A stretch of DNA of 64,000 nucleotides from Pirellulales bacterium (GTDB lineage Bacteria > Planctomycetota > Planctomycetia > Pirellulales > Lacipirellulaceae): positions 23,686-87,685 of the forward strand of contig JBFWSG010000004.1 of assembly GCA_050248495.1 (NCBI GenBank). Direction: 5' to 3'. A program made the position numbers and the translations under genes. Within the stretch, counting starts at the first letter, position 1. The number at the start of each line of letters is the position of its first letter. This document shows, piece by piece, positions 23,757 through 31,165 of this stretch. The notes beneath the pieces were generated by a model that worked only from the letters and a program-made list of their open reading frames with translations, made no database searches and was not told the origin of the DNA.

Positions 23757-23933
23757 ATGGAAAACAAACGAGGCAGGCCGCCTAAGGCCCCAGAAGACCG
23801 CAGGACTGAGGACATCAAAATCCCACTGAGCGAAGCGGAGAAGCAGCAGATTCAATCTGCGGCCGAATCCGACGACGCCAAGCCCGTTACATGGGCCAGG
23901 AACGTGCTCTTGAGGGCCGCCAAGAGGCGGCTG
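23757..23933 (+). CDS. small ribbon-helix-helix DNA-binding protein (MobC/CopG-like), 58 aa
   Basis: This ORF is absent from the track because it is under 60 aa. It translates to MENKRGRPPKAPEDRRTEDIKIPLSEAEKQQIQSAAESDDAKPVTWARNVLLRAAKRRL. The RGRPPK, K-I-P-L-S-x-x-E and VTWARNVLLRAA pattern is typical of MobC-type RHH proteins. Confidence 0.5.
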
Positions 23934-24199
23934 TGAGCGGAGAGCAGGGGTTACGATCCCAGCCGCGAAAAGTTTGCACGGCCCCCTTCGGCGGGTTATA
24001 AACCACGCTACGCCAGCCAAGACGCGGGCCGCTCTCCGATAGAGAACGGTCTGTTGAGGCTTAGAATGTGGCGAACATGTTTCTAAGACACCTACGCTAC
24101 TGCTTGGTTCGCGGCTGGTTATTGATGCACCCAGAGCGATGCGCCAGAGGCCGTTATGGACGATTGATAAGGCGCACCCGAAGATACAGGCAAAGTAGG

Positions 24200-25699
24200 A
24201 TGACTACGGTCGATGCAGCGATCAATCCAAGTAAAAGTTTACCCGACCACTGGAGCGAATCGATGTCCGACATCACGTCGGTAAACGAGCAAATCGCTGC
24301 ATTGACGCAACGATTAGCCAATGTGAATGAGTCGGCAAATGCGTATGCGACTGCCGGACACGTGTTCGCCGCGGCCATAGCGCTCTTCACGGCCGCAGTA
24401 TTCTTTACATCGTATTTGGGGGCAAGTAAAACGCGGCAGGTTAAGAAAATCAGCGACGAACTTGCAACTGCTAGGGAAGCGCAGCTGAGTTTGATTCTTG
24501 CTGACAAAGACGCCAAGATCGGTGCAGCTAACGCGACGGCAGCTACAGCGAATGCCGAAGCAGCCAAGGCAAACGAGGGCCTCGCAAAGGCAGGCCTCGA
24601 TATTGAGGACCGCAAGAATGAGAACCTGAAATTGGAGTCGCAGGTTACCACTCTCCGAACAGCGGCCGCCAAAGCTGATGCAGCACTTGAGGAAACCCGA
24701 ATTAAGGCGGCAGAAGCGCTTGAGGGTCTCGCGGAAACCGGGGAATGGCAGCGAATACAAGAAATGATTCGCTCGGAGATCGAAGAAGAGCTGACCCCGC
24801 GAGGCGTTAACATAGAGTTGGCTAGTGCCAACATTCTAAAAGAGTTTCGCGGGACGAAATTCTTCGTGACAACGCCAACAGAAGTAGAGCCGATAAGGCT
24901 GGGTAAGGGAATTGAAGATTTGCTGTTAGAGTCAGGGTGGGAGCGTGTCGCGCCACTCTCGGCGATTGTCGAATCCGAAGAGTTTGAATTCGATAACAAC
25001 GTGACATTCAAGTCAAACTTTCGATCCGAGGAAGAATTAAAACCGGCAGTATATGCACTTGCCATCGTCCTGCAAAAAGAGCGAATTGACTGTTTCCATT
25101 TCATCGACACTTCTCCCAAGAGAGGGCAACCGCCAATTCCTAAAGGTGCCATTAGCATCGTCGTGGGACCAAAGCGCACAACGTACTCCAGGCAATTGAC
25201 CGACAGGGCGGACTCACCTCGGTGGGATGCTCGGCAGAAAGCGATGGTAGAGCTTGAGGGCCGCCGCGAAACAAAAGCACCACCAGATGCCTCCCTGCTC
25301 GGCCCCATGTCTGAAAATGCGTGGCGCGTCTTTGCAGAATGCGCGCCAACTTCAGGAGACGCAGTGTTAGTTGGAAATTCAATGAACGATCCGGCGGATG
25401 AATGGGTCGTCGGCGTCCGCGATGGATTGTTGGTGGCCGGATGGACCGTGGTATCGACCGTGCTATTCGACGAACAGCGTATGCTCGGCATTGAGCGCAA
25501 CGCCGTAATTCTTCGTAAGAACGCGCCAGCAGCACGCAGGCAACAGGCGGAGAAATTGCACAAGGCGCTCTCTGATGCCGGGTTCCAGCCAGTTTTTGTG
25601 GAGACAGAATCGCCGCCGAAAGGATTCGCGGTGTGCGTGTTAATTGGCGGTCCCGGAGATGGCGCGCAGGGCGACACTGGCCCGGCCAAACCGGAGTAG
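24200..25699 (+). CDS. hypothetical membrane-anchored coiled-coil protein (about 500 aa)
   Basis: The start is likely MTTVDAAI at 24200; the track start at 24068 gives an implausible Arg-rich leader. It has one transmembrane helix (HVFAAAIALFTAAVFFTSYL), about 120 aa of Ala/Lys/Glu coiled coil, then a C-terminal domain of about 300 aa with two related sub-modules. No family was recognised. Confidence 0.6.
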   Translation: MTTVDAAINPSKSLPDHWSESMSDITSVNEQIAALTQRLANVNESANAYATAGHVFAAAIALFTAAVFFTSYLGASKTRQVKKISDELATAREAQLSLILADKDAKIGAANATAATANAEAAKANEGLAKAGLDIEDRKNENLKLESQVTTLRTAAAKADAALEETRIKAAEALEGLAETGEWQRIQEMIRSEIEEELTPRGVNIELASANILKEFRGTKFFVTTPTEVEPIRLGKGIEDLLLESGWERVAPLSAIVESEEFEFDNNVTFKSNFRSEEELKPAVYALAIVLQKERIDCFHFIDTSPKRGQPPIPKGAISIVVGPKRTTYSRQLTDRADSPRWDARQKAMVELEGRRETKAPPDASLLGPMSENAWRVFAECAPTSGDAVLVGNSMNDPADEWVVGVRDGLLVAGWTVVSTVLFDEQRMLGIERNAVILRKNAPAARRQQAEKLHKALSDAGFQPVFVETESPPKGFAVCVLIGGPGDGAQGDTGPAKPE

Positions 25700-25787
25700 A
25701 AAGTGTTAATCACGGCGCACCCCCTGCGGAGTCGCCGCTTTTCGGACTCGCGGAACGCACCCACGACCGGACAAGGCGCCTCACTGC

Positions 25788-25825
25788 TGCCGGGGGACCG
25801 ACTCGCACACTTAATCCAGCACCAC
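25788..25825. repeat. direct repeat of 21713-21751 (gccgggggWccgactcgcacacttaMatccagcaccacc)
   Basis: Of 38 nt, 37 match copy A with one extra base, and the match extends a further 10 nt (gccctttgg vs tcgctttgg). The two copies bracket 4.07 kb holding the zinc-finger membrane gene, the transposase, the RHH gene and the coiled-coil gene. Confidence 0.6.
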
Positions 25826-26431
25826 CGCCCTTTGGCACACCCGTTGCATCTAATCCGTCGTCGCCTGAACGATCAGGCACCAAGCGTTCGGAACAAACGC
25901 TCGGGGCCGAACAGAGAAGAGGCATTTTGTCTGGGGTCGGTCGGCGAAGAGGCAAATCTGCCGTGTTCGGATCTGCATATCAGGAAAGAAGTTAGCGAGA
26001 TCTGCCCACCTCCCACAGAAACTCGCAAACCAGGCGCATTTCCGACACGTCACGGGCGAGTCGCGGTCTTCCGAGAGGCTAGACCACGACTCGCCCATCT
26101 TTTTTGACTGTTGCAAAATCGTACATGTGTATTTTTCCAATACACTTTTCTGGGACACTTCGTCACCCACCTGCCAGTCGACAAATCACGTCCGCAGAAT
26201 TTTTCCAAGATTTTCTCGGCCGCCAATTCGCGGAATCGCTCGACCCGCAAATCCACGACTGCTCAACTGTGTGTCCCCCGGTTGAGCAGTCGCAAAAAGC
26301 CGGCAAAAAGTGGTAGCCGCCCGTTGAACAGTCGCCCCCTTTTTTTCCGACACCTCGCACCGCCTGCGGACGTTAGAACGTGGGGCAGCCAAATCCGCGC
26401 GGTCGATCATAATCAAGCAATGAGGATCTCA

Positions 26432-26491
26432 CCGCTAATCCGCGCTAATGGACGCTAATTTCCATTAGCGCTCCTTAGCGACAATTAGCGG
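26432..26491. promoter_or_regulatory. heptamer dyad array: 3 direct CGCTAAT units followed by 3 inverted (A)TTAGCG units
   Basis: ccgctaat ccgcgctaat ggacgctaat ttcc attagcg ctcc ttagcg acaattagcg. The centre (cgctaat-ttcc-attagcg) is a perfect palindrome. The array ends about 25 bp before the GTG start at 26515. Confidence 0.55.
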
Positions 26492-26514
26492 TTTGCTTTA
26501 CCGGGACCAAGGCT

Positions 26515-28275
26515 GTGGCGCACGTCACTCGACCATCGCAGGTGCTCGCATTCGCCGCGGTCGCACTGTTGACACAGGCTGCATTCTTTCATCGCACGGC
26601 TCGCGCCGCGGACCAGGTCGTCGCCAGCGCTGCGACGGCGCCCGCGCGATCGGCCGGTGACGCCAACACGCCGCCGGAAGTGGCCCTGATCGACGAGGCG
26701 ATTTCGGCCGCCTGGGCGGACCAGAATCTCGCTCCCTCCCCGCCGGCTAGCGATGGCGAGTGGTGCCGCCGCGTGTATCTCGACATCCTGGGCCGCATCC
26801 CGACCGTCACCGAGCTGCGCCAATATTTTGCCGACCGGAAACGCGACAAGCGGGCCCGGCTGGTCGACCGGTTGCTCGGCCCCGAATATCGCGACGAGTA
26901 CGTCCACAACTGGACGACGATCTGGAGCAACGTCCTCATCGGCCGGACGGGCGGCACCGATCGCCGCTCGCTCACCAGCCGCGAAGGGATGCAGGTGTAT
27001 CTGAGCGAGGCGCTGGCTTACAACCGGCCGTACGACCAGATGATGCGCGAGCTGGTCACCGCCACGGGCGCCTGCCGGCCGGAGGACAAGAATTTCAACG
27101 GCGCGGCCAATTTCCTGGCCGACAAGATGGAAGAGAATGGCGTGCAGGCCACGGCCAAAACGGCCCAGATTTTTCTGGGCATGGCGGTGCAGTGCACGCA
27201 GTGTCACAACCATCCCTTCAACGAGTACCAGCAGAACCAGTTCTGGGAGCTCAACGCCTTCTTCCGCCAGACCCGCGTGCGGCGGATTCGGCTCGATGAC
27301 CAGCGGCAGCGGTTCGCGGGCCGCGTGGTCGACCGCGACTACCGCGGCGAGACGGGCGACGTTGCGAAAGCCGACCTGTTCTACGAGCTCCGCAACGGCC
27401 AGATGAAGGTCGCCTACCCGGTATTCGTCGACGGCACGTCGCTGGCCGAAGTCTACAAGGAGAAGGGTGAGGATTTTGGCGATCATGGCAAACTCAGCGA
27501 CGTCAACCGCCGCGAGGAGCTGGCCAAGTTGATCGCCGGGTCGCGTGAGTTTGATCGGGCAATCGTGAATCAGATTTGGGGCCATTTCTTCGGTTACGGA
27601 TTCACGAAGCCGGTCGACGACATCGGCCCGCACAACACGCCGTCCCACCCCGAGCTCCTCGACCAGCTCGGCCAATCGCTGCGCCGCGCGGAGTTCGACC
27701 TCAAGCAACTGATGCGGTGGATCGCGCTCTCGGAAGCGTACAGCCTGTCGAGCCGCACGACGAAGAAGAACGAGGCCGACGATCCGGAGCTGGGAGCGCG
27801 GCCGATGTTCACCCATTTCTACCTGCGGCAGATGGAGGCCGAGCAGCTGTACGAGTCGCTGCTGGTGGCGACCGCGGCCGACCAGACGGTGCAGAGCGAC
27901 GAGCGACGGGACGAGGTCCGCGAGCGGTGGCTGCGACAATTCAGCAAGGCTTTCGGCACAGACGACGGCGGCGAATCGACGAGTTTTAATGGCACGATCC
28001 CACAGGCGCTCGCGTTGATGAACGGGCCGCTGGTAAAACGGGCCACGGGCAACCAGGGGGGCAGCATGCTGGCCTGGGTGGCCGAGCATCCGAAGATGAA
28101 CAGCGCCGAGAAGATCCGCTACTTGTACCTGGCGGCGCTGTCGCGGCGACCGACGAAACCGGAGATCGCCTTGTCGAACGATCTGCTGGCGGCCCGCAAC
28201 GGGAATGTCGGGGCGGCGCTGCAAGACATTTGGTGGGCACTTTTGAATAGTAACGAGTTCATATTGATACACTAA
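26515..28275 (+). CDS. DUF1549/DUF1553 domain protein (planctomycete PSD1-like family)
   Basis: CTQCHNHPFNEYQQNQFWELNAFF is a DUF1549 signature. WALLNSNEFILIH is the DUF1553 C-terminal signature. A signal peptide is present and the gene starts with GTG. Confidence 0.8.
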   Translation: MAHVTRPSQVLAFAAVALLTQAAFFHRTARAADQVVASAATAPARSAGDANTPPEVALIDEAISAAWADQNLAPSPPASDGEWCRRVYLDILGRIPTVTELRQYFADRKRDKRARLVDRLLGPEYRDEYVHNWTTIWSNVLIGRTGGTDRRSLTSREGMQVYLSEALAYNRPYDQMMRELVTATGACRPEDKNFNGAANFLADKMEENGVQATAKTAQIFLGMAVQCTQCHNHPFNEYQQNQFWELNAFFRQTRVRRIRLDDQRQRFAGRVVDRDYRGETGDVAKADLFYELRNGQMKVAYPVFVDGTSLAEVYKEKGEDFGDHGKLSDVNRREELAKLIAGSREFDRAIVNQIWGHFFGYGFTKPVDDIGPHNTPSHPELLDQLGQSLRRAEFDLKQLMRWIALSEAYSLSSRTTKKNEADDPELGARPMFTHFYLRQMEAEQLYESLLVATAADQTVQSDERRDEVRERWLRQFSKAFGTDDGGESTSFNGTIPQALALMNGPLVKRATGNQGGSMLAWVAEHPKMNSAEKIRYLYLAALSRRPTKPEIALSNDLLAARNGNVGAALQDIWWALLNSNEFILIH

Positions 28276-28282
28276 AGGGAAT

Positions 28283-28364
28283 GACGAATGACCAATTCCT
28301 AATGACGAATGAATACGGTAGGCGGACGTACATACGTCATTGGGCATTCGGAATTCGTCATTCC
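28283..28364. repeat. TGACGAATGA / TCATTCGTCA repeat cluster (family also at 44897-44995 and 63480-63580)
   Basis: aatgacgaatgacc...taatgacgaatgaatac...cgtcattggg...ggaattcgtcattcc. The last unit is the exact reverse complement of ggaatgacgaattcc at 44899. Confidence 0.6.
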
Positions 28365-28382
28365 GCAGCGAAGGTTGCCACT

Positions 28383-29654
28383 ATGAAATGCGACTGCAGT
28401 ATTCCCCCCGGCATGACCCGGCGTCATTTCATGCGTCACCTGGCCGGTGCGTCGGCGCTGGCGCTCCCGGCGTTTGCGTTCACGCGGACACTGCGGGCCA
28501 ACGCTCCGGCGCTCTCGAAGGCGCACAAGTCGGCGATTCTGATCTGGCTCGGCGGTGGTCCACCGACGATCGACATGTGGGACCTCAAGCCGGGCGCCCC
28601 GACCGCCGGCCCGCTCAAGCCGATCAACACGACCGGCGATTTTCAGATCAGCGAGCGGTTGCCCAAGCTGGCCGAGCAGGGGAAGCACCTGGCGATCGTC
28701 CGCGCGATGAGCACCCGCGAGGCCGACCACGAGCGCGGCCGCTACTACATGCACACCGGCTACGTGCCGAACCCGAGCGTCGAGTATCCCAGCTACGGCT
28801 CTGTGATTTCGCACGAGCTCGAAGACCTGGTGCCGCAGCTCGAGATTCCGCCGTTCGTGTCGATCGGGGGCCCCAGCGAAGGGCCGGGCTTTTTGGGAAT
28901 GGCCTACGCGCCGTTCCAGGTCGACGCCAACGGCAACGTCCGCGACACCGAGATGAGCGTTCCCTGGCAGCGGATGGTCGATCGGCTCAAGCTCCTTGAA
29001 GCCGTCGAAACGCGATTCATCCGCGAGCGGCGCGGCAGCGCCGCCGAGGAGCACGCCAAGGTGCTTAAGAAGACGCAGGATTTGCTCACGAGCGACCAGA
29101 TGAAGGCGTTTCAGGTCCGCAGCGAGGAGCAGAAGGTCCAGGATCGCTACGGCAACACGAACGTCGGCCGCAGCTGCCTGATGGCGCGACGCCTGGTGGA
29201 GGTCGGCGTGCCGTTCGTCGAGGTCGACTTCGGCGGCTGGGACCTGCACAAGGACTGCTTCACGACGCTCGACACGAAGCTGCCGGAGCTTGACCAGGCG
29301 TACAGCGCGCTCCTGGAAGACCTCGCCCAGCGCGGATTGCTCTCGAACACGGTGGTGCTGTGCATGGGCGAGTTCGGCCGTACGCCGCGGATCAACGGCG
29401 ACGCCGGCCGCGACCATTTTGCCCGCGCGTGGAGCGCGGTCCTCTCGGGCGGCGGCATCCGCGGCGGCCACGCGATCGGCAAGACCAACGCCGACGGGAC
29501 AAGTGTCGACACTGAGCCGTTCTCATCCGAAGACCTGATGGCCTCGGTGCTGAAGGCGCTCGACATCTCGCTGGAAACTACCTTCACAACGCCCAGCGGC
29601 CGCCCGATGAAAATCGCTAACAGCGGCCGGGTCATTGGCGAGCTGTTTGCGTAA
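28383..29654 (+). CDS. DUF1501 domain protein (sulfatase-like fold, Tat-type signal), usual partner of DUF1549/DUF1553
   Basis: The Tat signal is MTRRHFMRHLAGASALALPAFAF. DUF1501 hallmarks are present (LIWLGGGPPTIDMWDLKP, GGGIRGG). The start is placed at 28383 because the track's first 34 codons lie in the repeat cluster. Confidence 0.8.
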   Translation: MKCDCSIPPGMTRRHFMRHLAGASALALPAFAFTRTLRANAPALSKAHKSAILIWLGGGPPTIDMWDLKPGAPTAGPLKPINTTGDFQISERLPKLAEQGKHLAIVRAMSTREADHERGRYYMHTGYVPNPSVEYPSYGSVISHELEDLVPQLEIPPFVSIGGPSEGPGFLGMAYAPFQVDANGNVRDTEMSVPWQRMVDRLKLLEAVETRFIRERRGSAAEEHAKVLKKTQDLLTSDQMKAFQVRSEEQKVQDRYGNTNVGRSCLMARRLVEVGVPFVEVDFGGWDLHKDCFTTLDTKLPELDQAYSALLEDLAQRGLLSNTVVLCMGEFGRTPRINGDAGRDHFARAWSAVLSGGGIRGGHAIGKTNADGTSVDTEPFSSEDLMASVLKALDISLETTFTTPSGRPMKIANSGRVIGELFA

Positions 29655-29767
29655 GGTAGAATAGCAGGGAGCTTGGAGCAAGAAGCGATATTTGGTCGAT
29701 ATTCGTTCTTACTCCGTGCCCCATGCTCCCCGCTCCTTGCTTTCCATACTTCCAGGAGGGTCCTTTG

Positions 29768-30052
29768 ATGGCCAATCGTCCCGAGCATCCGGAACACATC
29801 GTCGTCGTCGCTACCGCGCCGAATGAGCTTGAAGCGGGGGTGATGGTCGCGGCCCTGGAAGAGGCGGGCATCAAATCGACGATGTCGGGCGCTGCGACGG
29901 CCGATTTCCGCGTGGCAATACCGGGCGACGTCGAGATCCTCGTGGCACAGGAAGACGAAGCGCGAGCCCGCGAGATCATCCGCCTCGGCGAAGAGGACAA
30001 GGAAGATGTCGATTGGTCGCAAGTGGACGTCGGCGAGCCGGAAGACGAGTAG
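29768..30052 (+). CDS. DUF2007-like small protein (putative signal-transducing protein family)
   Basis: An AGGAGG Shine-Dalgarno precedes the ATG at 29768. The pattern IVVVATAPNELEAGVMVAALEEAGIKS...VEILVAQEDEARAREII fits DUF2007, and there is an acidic tail. Confidence 0.5.
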   Translation: MANRPEHPEHIVVVATAPNELEAGVMVAALEEAGIKSTMSGAATADFRVAIPGDVEILVAQEDEARAREIIRLGEEDKEDVDWSQVDVGEPEDE

Positions 30053-30402
30053 CGCGGTCCGTCGCGCGGTTCGTTGTGGGAGGCCTCTCCGGGTCCGGTT
30101 GACGCCTCCGAATGCCGCGCTCAATCGGCGTCGCAGTCGCCTCCCACAATTCTGATTTGTGACGCAACTCATTGCGCTGCCTGCGGATGATCGCGGTCCG
30201 ATTTGCGGCAAGATTCCCGCGGCGAGTGCGAAATACTCTCAATTCCGCAGGCCGCCAGGACAGCGGCAGTGCAAGTGTGCCGATTCTGCCGGTCGCAGGG
30301 CGTGGGGCCTGGTGGCGATTCGCAACGAAGAACGGCAAAAGCTACAATTTCGGACGGTTCGCGTCCGCTGCGGCGACACCGCGCACATGTGGGAGCTCGG
30401 CC

Positions 30403-31110
30403 ATGTTGGACACCATCTTCTCGATTGCGGCGCTGGTCGGTGGAACCGTCCTGGGCTTCCAGTTCGTGATGATGCTGCTGGGCTTCGCGCAGCATGGCCC
30501 GGCCGACATCGCGGCGGGGCATCACGTCGATCTGGGCGGCGCGGACGGATTTGACGGGTCGCTCGATGGGTCGATGGATACCAGCGGAAGTCTGGGCCAC
30601 GACGCCGGGCTGGGGCACGAGAGCGGCGCCGGCCACACTCACCAGGGCGATGTCTCGGATCACGGCGCCCATTGGTTCTACGAAGTCATTTCGATCCGCA
30701 CCCTCAGCGCGGCGGCCACTTTCTTTGGCCTGGTCGGCAAGGGCTTGTTGACCAATGGCCATACGCCGCTAGCTTCGTTCGTGTACGCGAGCCTGGCAGG
30801 CATAGCAGCGCTGTATGGCGTGTACTGGTTATTCCAGCAAATCTATTGGCTGCAAAACTCAGGGAATGAGGACGTCCGCTGCGCGATTGGCCTGTCCGCC
30901 ACGGTGTACGTGCCAATTCCGGCAGCGCAGTCGGGGGCGGGTAAGGTAACCTTTCGGCTGCAAGATCGCACGGTCGAGTACCAAGCTGTGACCGATGAAG
31001 GTTTGCGATTGGCCACTGGCGAACGAGTGGTGATCGTGGGAATTGTCAATTTGGGCACGGTTTGCGTCGCAAGAGAATCTCAAACGGCCGACGCTCAAGT
31101 TTCGGCCTAG
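30403..31110 (+). CDS. NfeD-like membrane protein (N-terminal transmembrane segments plus C-terminal OB-fold)
   Basis: A GGGAG Shine-Dalgarno lies 6 nt upstream of the ATG at 30403. The C-terminus GKVTFRLQDRTVEYQAVTDEGLRLATGERVVIVGIVNLGTVCV is an NfeD beta-barrel. A His/Gly/Asp-rich linker is present, and the gene sits immediately upstream of flotillin. Confidence 0.65.
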   Translation: MLDTIFSIAALVGGTVLGFQFVMMLLGFAQHGPADIAAGHHVDLGGADGFDGSLDGSMDTSGSLGHDAGLGHESGAGHTHQGDVSDHGAHWFYEVISIRTLSAAATFFGLVGKGLLTNGHTPLASFVYASLAGIAALYGVYWLFQQIYWLQNSGNEDVRCAIGLSATVYVPIPAAQSGAGKVTFRLQDRTVEYQAVTDEGLRLATGERVVIVGIVNLGTVCVARESQTADAQVSA

Positions 31111-31165
31111 GAACAAATCGTAGAAAACACTTTCGACCTTCTTTGACCAAAAAGGCATCCATTCC

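Larger units (their letters stand above)
19645..26100. mobile_element. lower-GC genomic island of probable horizontal origin (hicAB, HNH, IS1595-like transposase, RHH protein, unknown membrane proteins)
   Basis: GC drops to roughly 50% against about 65% for the flanks. The gene content is mobile-element-like. The boundaries are approximate and no clean att duplication was identified. Confidence 0.5.

Noticed and set aside
24068-24199. Track start of the coiled-coil protein (MANMFLRHLRYCLVRGWLLMHPERCARGRYGRLIRRTRRYRQSR)
   Set aside because: The leader is an implausible Arg/Cys-rich run with no Shine-Dalgarno. The downstream ATG at 24200 is preferred.
24154-25764. 536-aa minus-strand ORF overlapping the coiled-coil protein gene, and similar long mirror ORFs (26485..28347 -, 28299..29471 -, 31184..32527 -, 33044..33580 +, 34900..36207 +, 38489..40057 -, 50157..50979 -, 52213..53067 -)
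   Set aside because: They are mirror-frame artefacts typical of high-GC coding DNA. They are Arg/Ala/Gly/Ser-rich with no motifs, and always lie opposite an ORF with a clear family assignment.
28281-28382. N-terminal 34 codons of the track ORF for the DUF1501 gene (MTNDQFLMTNEYGRR...)
   Set aside because: They consist of ATGACGAATGA-type repeat units shared with two other intergenic sites. The Tat-signal start at 28383 is more plausible.
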